Assembly (NCBI GenBank): GCA_963775685.1
Contig: CAVZJV010000014.1
Location: forward strand, 352,001 to 416,000
DNA length: 64,000 bases
Direction of reading: 5' to 3'
Origin: Candidatus Bathyarchaeota archaeon
GTDB lineage: Archaea; Thermoproteota; Bathyarchaeia; Bathyarchaeales; Bathycorpusculaceae
Shown: piece after piece, positions 54,114 to 64,000 of the stretch
Position numbering within the stretch: position 1 is the first letter of the stretch
Layout of the letters: each line of letters opens with the position of its first letter
Position numbers and translations under genes: made by a program
The notes under the pieces: model-generated
The model's database searches: none
What the model was told of the DNA's origin: nothing
What the model saw: the letters and a program-made list of their open reading frames with translations, nothing else

Positions 54114-54863
54114 ATGATTTTTAAAATGGTGACTTGTTTGAGTAAAAACTTTGTTGTAGTAAACTCTGATGCACTTTTAATAACCGACATACAGAAAGAT
54201 TTTCTGCCGGGCGGCGCTTTACCTATTGAAAACGGCGACGAAATTATCCCGGTTCTCAATGATTACATACGGCGTTTTCAGAATGCTAAAGCACATATTC
54301 TAGCGTCCAGAGATTGGCACCCTTCTAACCATATCTCTTTTAGGGCTCAAGGCGGTCCATGGACACCTCATTGTGTTCAAGAAACATCGGGAGCAAAATT
54401 TAGTCCAGATCTAAAACTGCCAGACCACACAGTAGTTATCTCGAAAGCAACTAACCCCGAACATGAAGCGTATTCTGCTTTTGACGGAACAAGCCTTGCT
54501 CATGATTTGCGCGCTATGGGAGCTAAACGCCTTTTTGTTGGTGGATTAGCAACCGATTATTGTGTCGTAAATACTGTTGTTGATGCTCGCAAACTTGGTT
54601 TTGAGGCTGTGGTTCTTATGGATGGAACGTTGGGTATTAATGCTGAGCCAGGTGATGTGGACAGAGCTCTTGAAACCATGCTTCAAAATGGTTCACAACA
54701 GGCAACAGCAGACGATTTTCCTGATGCCGTCGATGAACTCCCCCTGGACGAAGCTCGTCCTGACGCCTTAGAAGAAAAACCCCTACAAAAAGCTGAGGTC
54801 AAGAAAAAAGCTCGAATGCGACCTAAAGGATCGGCTAAACGGATTCGAACTGAGCGAGGGTAA
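54114..54863 (+). CDS. pncA: Nicotinamidase/pyrazinamidase
   Basis: DIQKDF.PGGAL, DWHP..H.SF, W..HCVQ, YSAF, GLATDYCV. Confidence 0.9.
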   Translation: MIFKMVTCLSKNFVVVNSDALLITDIQKDFLPGGALPIENGDEIIPVLNDYIRRFQNAKAHILASRDWHPSNHISFRAQGGPWTPHCVQETSGAKFSPDLKLPDHTVVISKATNPEHEAYSAFDGTSLAHDLRAMGAKRLFVGGLATDYCVVNTVVDARKLGFEAVVLMDGTLGINAEPGDVDRALETMLQNGSQQATADDFPDAVDELPLDEARPDALEEKPLQKAEVKKKARMRPKGSAKRIRTERG

Positions 54864-55412
54864 CTACTCCGAAAAGTGACGAACCTTATATAGTCATGAA
54901 AATTTGTGCTTGAGAAAAAAGCCGAAAGCCCTTTGCAGAATTTACTTATACTTTTTTTCTCCTCTTGCTTAAAGCTGTGTGGCATGTCCAGTTTTTTTGT
55001 TAGTTAAGTCGTTAAAACTTGGCTCATTTCGCTGTCGCATAGTGCTAAACGCACGAGCAAGTTTTGAATAGTTTTCCGGGGTCTCTTTTTTTGCAACTAC
55101 TTAGTCAATTTGTTTTTTTTTGATTGCTTATTGAGCGTTTTTTCAGGTTAAGGATGGTATCTAATGCAGTCATCTTGGAATTGGCTCCTTTCTTTCCTCA
55201 ATTAATTTGTTGTGGTTTCTGCGAAAATTATTCGAATGGAAACTTTTTACAATAAATAGTAAAAATGCCGCTTAAGATGTTGAAAGTTTATATATAAATA
55301 GTTAATTTTCAACGTTGACTACGTTATTTTTCCAATAAGAGAAGCGAACAACGGCAACTTCTTCAACGTGAAGTTGACTGAAAACGTTTATCAATGAATT
55401 TAACGAGTAACC

Positions 55413-55829
55413 TTACGTCTCGCCCAGAATCTGAATAATAATAGTTCTTTCTCTAGGATAAACATCAGTTTCAACAAAAAGCAGCGACTGCCACGTTCCC
55501 AAAACAACCCGTCCATTAATAATCGGCAGAGTCTTGTCCGGCGGGAGAAGCATGGAACGCAGATGCGAATGTGCATTAGAAGGGTGCTGGTATTTCCCGT
55601 TTTTTGGAGCCATCTTTTCAAGAAAAACTTTGATGTCGTTGAGTAAGGCATCATCATTTTCTGTTAAAATAATAATGCCTGTGGCATGGGGCGAGAAGAT
55701 GTGGACTATGCCGTTTTTGATTTCTGATAGGGAAACTTCTTCCGTGATCTTGTCGGTTAAGTCAATGAATTCTATTTCTCCTTGTGTAGTGAACCTGTAA
55801 GTTTTGTTTAAAACCTTAAAGTTTTGCAA
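55413..55829 (-). CDS. YjbQ/UPF0047 family protein
   Basis: PHAT, NAHSHL, LGTWQ, E.D. Confidence 0.92.
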   Translation of the reverse strand: MQNFKVLNKTYRFTTQGEIEFIDLTDKITEEVSLSEIKNGIVHIFSPHATGIIILTENDDALLNDIKVFLEKMAPKNGKYQHPSNAHSHLRSMLLPPDKTLPIINGRVVLGTWQSLLFVETDVYPRERTIIIQILGET

Positions 55830-55898
55830 TTCCAGCTATCCTCATGTTTTATCTGTTTTTTTGGTTGAAAAAGGTTTCGAGTTTGCCTAAAAGCTGTG

Positions 55899-55921
55899 GT
55901 TTGGGGGATGCTTTTGTATAC
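55899..55921 (-). repeat. Dispersed motif copy 3 (reverse)
   Basis: Plus strand GTTTGGGGGATGCTTTTGTATAC. Confidence 0.9.
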
Positions 55922-57769
55922 GAGCCACAGGTTTTCTTGGCACGATAAAGGCTTTTTAGTTGATCTCCTATTCACGATGTTGCTAAAATTATTTCACTGA
56001 TTCCTGTGAGGCTACTTCTGATTTAAGTTGAAACATCTAAAACACAAAAACAAACAGACCAAAAAGAATGATGCTTTAAGGTACAGAAAACCTCAAGTTT
56101 CCGCCATAATTACCATTGAACACTTTCCAACTTTAGAGACGATAGCAGCTAAAGTCTTAAACAGACGAGTGAAAGTCCAACCTCTCAGAAAAAACGCTAT
56201 TGTAGTAGTTGAAGCTCTACGTGGCTTATCGGGAAAGTGAGAAATTCTATCTTTTGTCACACCTTTTTAGAATATTTGGGGGTTTTTTGAACCTTTCGTT
56301 GTGTTGGTTGTCCGTCATGATGTCATTTTTAATGCAATATATTTGTCACAAATCACGCAGGAGGATGTTTTTTTAATCAACTAGACGTGACAAAATTGTT
56401 TGGTTTAGGATAAGGTTAGTTTATCAAAAGTAATATCAAAACTTGCCCAAAAGGAAATTTCATATCCTGCTAACGCCACCCTCTATTCTGGCTAACTTAT
56501 AACGTTTAAGCTCCCAAACGCTCAAATCAAACTTGAACTCTTGATGCATAGCATGACGGTTTCAAGAGACACTTGAACTATCTATAATCCTTCCCTAAGT
56601 TATAAGACGCAACACTCTTCGTTAAAGAAAGAAATAAAAATGTTTTCCAGACGAGAGAAGTTAAAAATTAAATGCCACATTTAGGCAACCATCCAGGCTA
56701 TCTTTTAGTTGTCTGGCCTCTAAATACACCACCAGCCAAAGAACAAAAATATGTAGGTTACAGTTGACAAGGGGCAGTGTGATTATGTCCCCCATCCTTC
56801 TGAGAAAACATTTTGTTTGCCTGCCTGCTGAGGTATTCTCTTTCGATGAGAGAGCGAGTTTTCTAAAGCAAACATTTCTTAGGGGAACAGCTGGTTTTGT
56901 TTAATTCAAAATCATATTTCAAAGCACAGGTTAAAAATTTTTGTATCTTCTTAAATTTGAAATAATTTCGAGATCCTAAAAACAACGACTATTCGTTGAC
57001 CTTTTTTTATCAAAATAGTATATTATTAAGCTTGTTTTAAATTTATTTAAGAGAGGCGCCTTTGTTTAGGTTCGAAAAGCGCTATATACAAAAACCAGCG
57101 ATTTTTTTCTATGGAAACCATAATCTAATCAGCCTATTTGAAGCTAAAATTCAAAAATAACCCCGATTACGCCTTAATCGCATTCACCTCAACAGGTTGG
57201 CATGGACATTACCGGAGCCTCATATAAGTACCTCTGAAAATCTCCATGCGAAGCAAACACCGGTTTTTTCGGCTATCCTTCGAGGGTAAACTCTGTTTTT
57301 TTGACAATTTAGCAAACTTTTACAATTTTAGCTCATATTTCTTTTTTCAGAAATATTTTGTCAGGTGTCGGTAATTTTTTGTCACTTTGTTTTTGTTTTG
57401 TGGTGTTAACTTTTAAGCTTCAGGTTCTTTGATTTGGATCCTTTTGTTTATGCCTTGTGCAGTTGGTGTTTGATTTTGTATGATCCATTTTGCAGTGGGA
57501 ACGCTAAAAGTTTCTATTTTGCAAACGGTGCTTCTTTTCAGCATGAGGTTTTGGGGTTGCAAGCCGATTTTTTGGTGTCTAAGGACCGCTTTTTTTCTGT
57601 CTCTTTTGAGTCAACACTGATATTTCAAGCGCTTATGGTAGTCTAAATAGCGGATATTTCAGTCATGTTAATGTTGAAAAAGGCGTAATCGGTGGCTTTG
57701 GTTGTATTGGTAATACTCATGATTCCTACATTTACCAGCATGCACCAGTCACACCAGCCTAAACTAGCT

Positions 57770-57791
57770 GTATACAAAAGCATCCCCAAAC
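57770..57791 (+). repeat. Dispersed motif copy 4
   Basis: GTATACAAAAGCATCCCCAAAC followed by CACAG; inverted partner of copy 3. Confidence 0.9.
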
Positions 57792-57868
57792 CACAGTTTT
57801 CGGGTTCTCCTAAAGAACAATTTTTATCCCAAGACACCGATAATAGGCATCTTAGAGAAGGGAAATTG

Positions 57869-58306
57869 TTGACTACAGAGATTGACCGAATCAAACTTAG
57901 GCGATGGCGCAAAAGAGGGTTCTACAGTGAAACTGTCTTAGTCAAACTCCTGCAGAAAAAAGGCTACAACGCCGTACGTGTCCCCGTCAGCAATCCAAGC
58001 CTCAACCCCCTGCCAGACCTCATGGCTCGAAAAGGCAAACACGTCTACGCTTTTGAAGTAAAAAACGCCAGCTACTACGCCTACTTTCCCAAGCCCCAAA
58101 TCGACAAACTCTTCCAGTTCCTCGTCCAATTCATCCCCACAGGCAACGAAAACAAACACGCCATCGTAGCCGCACATCTGGGTAAACGGTGGCTGTTCAA
58201 GGAAATCAGCTGGAACGACTGGGAAAAAAATAAGCTCCCCGACAAAGTACGAATCCTAAAACGCGACCGAGGAAACTTTAACATCGACACCAGCTACCAA
58301 CAATAG
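57869..58306 (+). CDS. Hjc-like PD-(D/E)XK nuclease (archaeal Holliday-junction resolvase-like)
   Basis: RG..SE..LV..L...GY.AVRVP.S...PDLMA...AFEVK. Likely TTG start after GAAGGGA. Confidence 0.8.
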   Translation: MTTEIDRIKLRRWRKRGFYSETVLVKLLQKKGYNAVRVPVSNPSLNPLPDLMARKGKHVYAFEVKNASYYAYFPKPQIDKLFQFLVQFIPTGNENKHAIVAAHLGKRWLFKEISWNDWEKNKLPDKVRILKRDRGNFNIDTSYQQ

Positions 58307-58389
58307 CAGTAAACGAATGTACCTCAAGCTTATTATTACTTTGAAGCTGCTTCAAGCTAACCTAACATTGAGGTAAAGAGCAGGAAGGC

Positions 58390-59048
58390 TGAGCAAAAGC
58401 CATAGTTGTTTCAACACAAGGCATAACCAAAGCTTTCCAAGTCGGCGACAGAAAAATCACCGTCCTAAAAGACATAAACATACAGATTCACAGAGCCAAC
58501 TTTACCGTTATATGTGGGCCGTCAGGCTCAGGAAAAACCACTTTACTCAACATCATAGGTGGAATTGATCGACCTACAAAGGAAAAATCTTTGTTGCAGG
58601 GAAACCTTGACGGATAAAAATGAGAATTTTCTCTCTGATTTTCGCTGTAATCATGTTGGTTTTGTTTTTCAAGCGTACAATTTGGTTTCAACGCTAACGG
58701 TTGAGGAGAACGTTGCTTTTCCTATGGAGAGAACCCGAAAACCGCCTGCAGAAATTGCTAAAAGAGTCGCTGAGCTTCTAAAAACAATAGGGGTTAGAAC
58801 ATCGAGCACACCATTTCTCAGCGCAATTAAGCGGTGGCGAGCAACAACGGGTCGCTTTCGCTAGGGCTTTAGCTAACTACCCTGAGGTGATTTTGGCAGA
58901 TGAACCCACAGGTAATCTGGATCTGAAGAAGCTCTAAAAATTCTCCAGGTGTTCCAACTCTTGAAGACAAATGGAAAAACTGTCATTGTTTCTACTCAAG
59001 ACTTGCAGATCAGGGAGACTTAGCGGACCAAGTTTTATGCTTAGATGA
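58390..59048 (+). pseudogene. ABC transporter ATPase pseudogene
   Basis: [35 protein letters not shown] in different frames with stops. Confidence 0.85.
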
Positions 59049-59068
59049 GGGTAAATTGGCGGATAATT

Positions 59069-60936
59069 ATGAGTAGCGAATTGTTTTCCAATTAACGATT
59101 TGATTAGGCGAAGGCTGCAAACAAGCTTAACAATCATCACTTTAACGTTAAGTATTGCTTCAACATTGTTTCTTTTGTTGTTTAGTACTCGTTTAGTGGT
59201 GGGTATTGCATCTGCATCGGGTACTCTAACATTGGGGTTAAATATGGTCTTTAGCCAATTTATCCTATTCATCGCGTCCTGATTTTTGTGATTGGCGCCG
59301 TATTGACAGCGTTTATTTTTTTTGATGTTCTCTCAGAGGACCCATGATTTTGGTCTAATAAAAGCGGCTGGATGCCCAAATAGCCTGTTGCAGGATACTT
59401 TATGACAGAACTCCTAACGGTAACTTTCGTCGGCTGCGTCTTAGGCATAATACTTGGTTTTTTTAATGGATTTTGCGGCAGCTCAGCTTATTTTTTCCGC
59501 CTATATTTTACCGAATTTCAGGTTTGCGCCCTTAGTTTTGTTGTCTTTATTATTCTTTCAATTTTTTTGGTTTGAGGCCTATCTTTAAAGCAGCTAATAT
59601 GTCAGCTATAGATGCGCTTTCACCAGTATATTATTACGGTTTAACATGCGAAAGTAAACATAAGCCGCTGTCAAGGAGAGCGATAACTTGGCGTATTGCT
59701 CTACGAAGCCTATACCGGCGTCAATCAGCAAGCCTGCGCAATGTTTTTTTGTTGCCAATGGTATTTATTTTATTGACAGTTTCGATTGCAGGTGGAACAA
59801 TCGCGAGCGACACCACAATTTCATCGATTGAAACCCCCCGTTGGTAAAGACACCATTGCAATTTCTCAAAGCACAATGATAAATGAATACAAAACACAGC
59901 TGTTGAAGTTCTCAAAAACCCAAGAATACCGTATTTAACTATTCAGACCCTCATTTGGCCTTTCCGCAAGCACTTATTCAACAACTTAAAAAGATAAATG
60001 CAGTTGAGACGGTTGATCCAAGGTTGGTTTTAGTGGAAGCTGTTCGGGAAATTCTAGGCTTCGAATTAGGGCAAGACAGTTCCCAGACGCAGTTTGTCGG
60101 TGGCCATCGCCAAGGTCAATCCCTTGTAGTAGGCATAAATCCGGCTGATTCTATTAGTTCCTGGTCGCTAAAAGGAAGATTTTTAAGCAATAGTTCCACC
60201 GCGGAAGCATTGTTGGAAATTCAATTGCTAACACAATGTACGCGAGAGACCCAAAAAATAAGGTCAGCTAGCTGAATCCCTTGTAGGAAGGCATTGGACT
60301 TGAAAATGTAACTTTCAAAATTGTTGGGGTATGTGTTGATCCTCTAAATAATGGTTATGTCGCCTAGTTCCCATCGAGAAAATGCAAAATGCAACGGGGT
60401 TACATGAAGATAATTTGTTGCTTGTTAAACTCAACGATTCCAGTACCCGCAATTCTGCTATTGACGCAATAAAAAGCGTAGTTCAAGCATCTGGTTGCGA
60501 TTTAGAAGTGTTCGATTTAAGCGCAGTAGTTGACCAGAATACAGTTTTTCTATCTTTGACGTGGCAAACTATTATGTTGCTGCCGATTTTTACTTTGGTA
60601 TTTGCTGCTATTTGTCTAGTGGGTTTTATGGTGTTATCGGTGGATGAAACAGCATCAAAAATTCGCCATATTACGTACTATAGGCGCTAAACCGGCCATA
60701 ATTATCAATATTTCAGCGATTCAAAGTGCAATTGTGTTTTTTCCAGTTTTGCATTGGGCATTTCGTTGGGTGTAATCACAACTTTGCTTATTTTGATGAC
60801 AGCCCCTCTAGTTAAGAGCTTCACTGTTGTGAAAATAGCTGTTTGGTTACTCGCCGCCTTGATTGGAATGTTCCTCTTTAGCCTTTACTTGACGTTTAGG
60901 CTTGCTAAACCTTCAATCCTTAAAATTATGACTTAA
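59069..60936 (+). pseudogene. FtsX-like ABC permease pseudogene
   Basis: Many fragments (RRRLQT, DFGLIKAAG, ALRSLYRR, AKPSILKIM) with numerous stops and shifts. Confidence 0.8.
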
Positions 60937-61627
60937 GGGTTTTGAATGTTTTGGAGAAAAACTTTAGCGTTTCTGTGTATGCTGGCAGTTGGCATATGAA
61001 GTCTTGGAGCTGGAGGACGGGTACTACGGGTACTTTTTGATAGAATTTGTAGTCGCTGGGAATTAGGGAGAGTACGGCTGGCATGAACTTTGCTTTTTCC
61101 CATTTGACACACTCAAGTTTTGTGTTGATGCTGGGTAACGAATCGGCCAACGCTCGGGCTCTTTGCGTTTGCAGGTCAACAATCTTTCTTAGAGCTGATG
61201 GTGAGATTGCCCTTTGCCAATGCTTGCAGTCGATGCAGATGACTATGGGTTTTTTGCAACCCACCACGTCGATTTCCCATCTTTTTGGCCCATTTTTGAA
61301 CCGAAAGTTTTTTTGTACTACGTAGCCGTTTTTTTTTAGTGCTATGGCTGCGATTTCTTCAAACTCTTGCCAGCAAAGCAAATCGCTGATGTGTTCGATG
61401 TCTGCACCTAAAGATGCTGCTTTGATGGCTAGTTTAAGTCTACTACTGCTATCTATTTCTACGGTGTAAGTTTTCAAATAAATGAGGTTTTCATTTTGCA
61501 GTTTTTCCAGCAACTTCCACGTAATAACTGAAGGTATCTTTGCGTCTCTATTGACACTTTCAATTAAAACAGGTTCCTCTTTTGTTAGTTTTAGAAGAGA
61601 AATTATGAGATTTCTTTCAACAATCAT
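60926..61627 (-). CDS. wHTH + restriction endonuclease-like (Mrr/NERD) protein
   Basis: WQEFEE...GY...EIDVVG...IDCKHW...Q. Confidence 0.8.
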   Translation of the reverse strand: MIVERNLIISLLKLTKEEPVLIESVNRDAKIPSVITWKLLEKLQNENLIYLKTYTVEIDSSSRLKLAIKAASLGADIEHISDLLCWQEFEEIAAIALKKNGYVVQKNFRFKNGPKRWEIDVVGCKKPIVICIDCKHWQRAISPSALRKIVDLQTQRARALADSLPSINTKLECVKWEKAKFMPAVLSLIPSDYKFYQKVPVVPVLQLQDFICQLPAYTETLKFFSKTFKTLKS

Positions 61628-61721
61628 AGTTGACCCTCAGAGAAGTTGACATGTAACTAGCAAAAAACAGCCAAATTGAGCGTTTGTTTGAGCTTTCACC
61701 TAAACTGAATGCTGGAAAGCC

Positions 61722-61744
61722 GTATACGAAAGCATCCCCCAAAC
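61722..61744 (+). repeat. Dispersed motif copy 5
   Basis: GTATACGAAAGCATCCCCCAAAC. Confidence 0.9.
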
Positions 61745-62417
61745 ACACTTCTTCCGAGCGCATCAGCTATCAAGACTTCTCCCAAATGGCCTTATCATTC
61801 GATTTTTCGTTATCTATGACTGCCCGATGAAATAACCTTTGTGTTAATTAGGAAACTAAAAAGTCATCATCTTCGCTAATCGCAGCCTCAAAAATCGGCT
61901 ATAATATGGTCATATAGACATGTTCCAGCTATTTTTTTAAAATGGACAAATGGTTGTTTAACTATTTAATGTAAAAAATGACCATTCGATTATTTTTCGA
62001 ACAGGTAACTGTCTTTTTAGTTGAAAACAGAAGAAGCCTGACTAAAGAAAACGATAAAGGCTCAGGAAAACTAAGTTGAAAATGCAGATTTGAAAATACA
62101 ATCAACAGATTTCATCGTCATCAAAGACAAAATCTTGTAATTCAGAGATCTTTTTAGTACTACCGCTCGTTATTTTGTATTTTTTGTTTTTGCGAAGTGC
62201 CTAATAGGTCTTATAAGGGCTATTCTTGGTTAAATTATGTTTTCTTTACTTGCTGAACTGGGTGTGAAAGAAACGCTTTCTCAAAAATGATCATTCTTAT
62301 TGTTTGGTCAGGGTTGATTTTCGTTTGTCAGGATTAGACGTAGCATGAATATATAAGGTTCGGTTAAGTTTCGGTGGTTGATCCTGTTTTAAGAACTTTT
62401 TTGGTAGAAAAAAGTTT

Positions 62418-62440
62418 GTTTTGGCGATGCTTTCGTATAC
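62418..62440 (-). repeat. Dispersed motif copy 6 (reverse)
   Basis: Plus strand GTTTTGGCGATGCTTTCGTATAC. Confidence 0.85.
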
Positions 62441-62509
62441 AAAAACGAATTTGTGGCAAAAAGACCATCTTTAAATATTAAAGGATGGTTAGCCAGAATA
62501 GGTATTCTA

Positions 62510-63529
62510 ATGTCCCAAATGAAAGCGATCCAAGTCAATGGACCCGGGCAAGACTTTGTGCTGGTTCAAAAGGAAATTCCTCAACCAAAAGAACACGAGG
62601 TTCTCCTTAAAGTTGAAGCCTGCGGAATCTGCCATGGTGACGCCATCGCCAAGTACGGAGGGTTCCCCGGTTTATCTTATCCGAGAACACCTGGCCATGA
62701 GGTTGTTGGAACAATAGCCAAATTAGGCTCGAAATCGCATCACTGGAATGTTGGGCAAAGAGTTGGGGTGGGTTGGCGTGGAGGTCACTGTCTTAAGTGT
62801 AAGGCCTGCCTTAAAGGCGACTATTGGGCGTGTGAAAGTCCCTTAGCAACAGGCATTTCAACCGACGGCGGATACGCCGAATACATGATTGCTCGTATGG
62901 ACGTGCTAACCGCTATCCCCGATGAGCTTACTTCCGTTGAAGCAGCGCCGCTTCTTTGTGCAGGTGCAACAACTTTAGGTGCAATTAAAAATAGTGCTGT
63001 AAAAGGCGGAGACTTGGTTGCAATTCAAGGATTAGGGGGGCTAGGGCACTTGGCACTGCAGTTCGCTGTAAAATTTGGTTTGAAGACCGCTGTTGTTTCC
63101 CGTGGCAAAGAAAAAGAGGCGCTCGCCCACAAGCTTGGAGCCAACTTTTACATATATGCTCAAACTTCTAACGTAAGCCAAGAACTAATAAAACTTGACG
63201 GTGCGAAAGCTATTTTCTGTACTGCACCCAACAGTAAAGCCATCGGAGAGCTAGTGGATGGGCTTGCCTGCAATGGGCAATTAATCATCGTTACCTTCGT
63301 TAATGAGCCAATGCAAATTTCTCCGTCTCAACTAATGCGGGCTGTACGATCTGTTAGCGGTTGGGTCGGAGGAAACACCGACGACGCACTAAGCTTTAGC
63401 GTTTTTGCACACGTTGTTCCAATGGTAGAAGTTTTCCCGCTTGAGCAAGCCGCTATCGCTTTTGACCGCATGATGACTGCCAAGGTTCATTTTAGGGCAG
63501 TTCTAAAAATGATGGATGAATTAAAATGA
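62510..63529 (+). CDS. Zinc-dependent alcohol dehydrogenase
   Basis: ACGICHGD, PGHE, CxxCxxC...C, LLCAG, GLGGLG. Confidence 0.93.
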   Translation: MSQMKAIQVNGPGQDFVLVQKEIPQPKEHEVLLKVEACGICHGDAIAKYGGFPGLSYPRTPGHEVVGTIAKLGSKSHHWNVGQRVGVGWRGGHCLKCKACLKGDYWACESPLATGISTDGGYAEYMIARMDVLTAIPDELTSVEAAPLLCAGATTLGAIKNSAVKGGDLVAIQGLGGLGHLALQFAVKFGLKTAVVSRGKEKEALAHKLGANFYIYAQTSNVSQELIKLDGAKAIFCTAPNSKAIGELVDGLACNGQLIIVTFVNEPMQISPSQLMRAVRSVSGWVGGNTDDALSFSVFAHVVPMVEVFPLEQAAIAFDRMMTAKVHFRAVLKMMDELK

Positions 63530-64000
63530 ACGAAGTTATTAGAATAATTCAAGAGAGACAATCAGCAAGGGTACCCTTTGATCCGAATCGAAAAGTATCT
63601 AAACAAAACCTTCAACAAATTTTGGAGGCAGCCCGATGGACACCTACAGCTCACAACATGCAAAACTTTGAGGTAGTGGTCGTTGATGACTTTGAGGTTT
63701 TAGGGATAATTGGATCTGTGAAATCCTGTATTTCAGAGGTCTTTCTTAGGGAAAATTATGAGCAGCTTTCATTCTCAAAGGAAGAGTTGATTAAAAAGAA
63801 AACAGGCATTTTAGGCTCCACGTTTCCTCAGGCGTGGGTGGATCCTTCTAAAATGGCGGAAGCCGCCCGTGATAGTATGCCTATGCCGATGACCCAGTCA
63901 ATTCGCGGAAGTCCTTGCCTATTGATTGTGGTTTACGACCCTCGGAAGAGGGCGCCTGCATCTGAAGGAGACGTTTTGGGATTCATAAGTATAGGCTGTG
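63526..64000 (+). CDS. Nitroreductase family protein (partial)
   Basis: MNEVIRIIQERQSAR.PF...ILEAARWTPTAHNMQNFE; ATGA overlap with the adh stop. Confidence 0.85.
   Translation, partial: MNEVIRIIQERQSARVPFDPNRKVSKQNLQQILEAARWTPTAHNMQNFEVVVVDDFEVLGIIGSVKSCISEVFLRENYEQLSFSKEELIKKKTGILGSTFPQAWVDPSKMAEAARDSMPMPMTQSIRGSPCLLIVVYDPRKRAPASEGDVLGFISIGC

Noticed and set aside
53365-57646. ORFs 53365-53640, 53819-54097, 56028-56240 and 57434-57646
   Set aside because: No recognisable motifs or clear RBS; left uncalled.
57692-57868. N-terminal extension of the Hjc-like ORF
   Set aside because: Runs through the repeat motif and a TATA-like site; a TTG start at ~57869 with RBS is more plausible.
50977-62440. 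Dispersed motif as a CRISPR repeat
   Set aside because: Copies are 0.7-4 kb apart, in mixed orientation, with no regular spacers and no cas genes.

Overview
Archaeal chromosomal segment; gene content and protein style suggest Bathyarchaeia (inference). Housekeeping genes include pyrG (partial), tiaS, alaS, mtnP, apt, tsr3, nnr, pncA, tRNA-Val(GAC) and tRNA-Ser(TGA), plus many small regulators and membrane proteins; many accessory genes are frameshifted. Best candidate for an undescribed system: a ~6 kb integrated element (about 19821-25852) with an IS91-like HUH rolling-circle Rep, a tyrosine integrase, a wHTH regulator and a PD-(D/E)XK cargo gene. It appears inserted at the 5' end of a box C/D guide sRNA (25824-25892) rather than a tRNA. 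The sRNA's D' guide pairs with the 23S rRNA P-loop and predicts 2'-O-methylation of G2251 (E. coli numbering). A degenerate copy of this junction lies at 19821-19870, and the element side seems to supply a promoter for the sRNA. Second unexplained signal: a 22-23 bp non-palindromic motif (GTATACRAAAGCATCCCCCAAAC) seen six times, in both orientations, only between 50977 and 62440, around long gene-poor stretches. Everything was read by eye; no searches were run.
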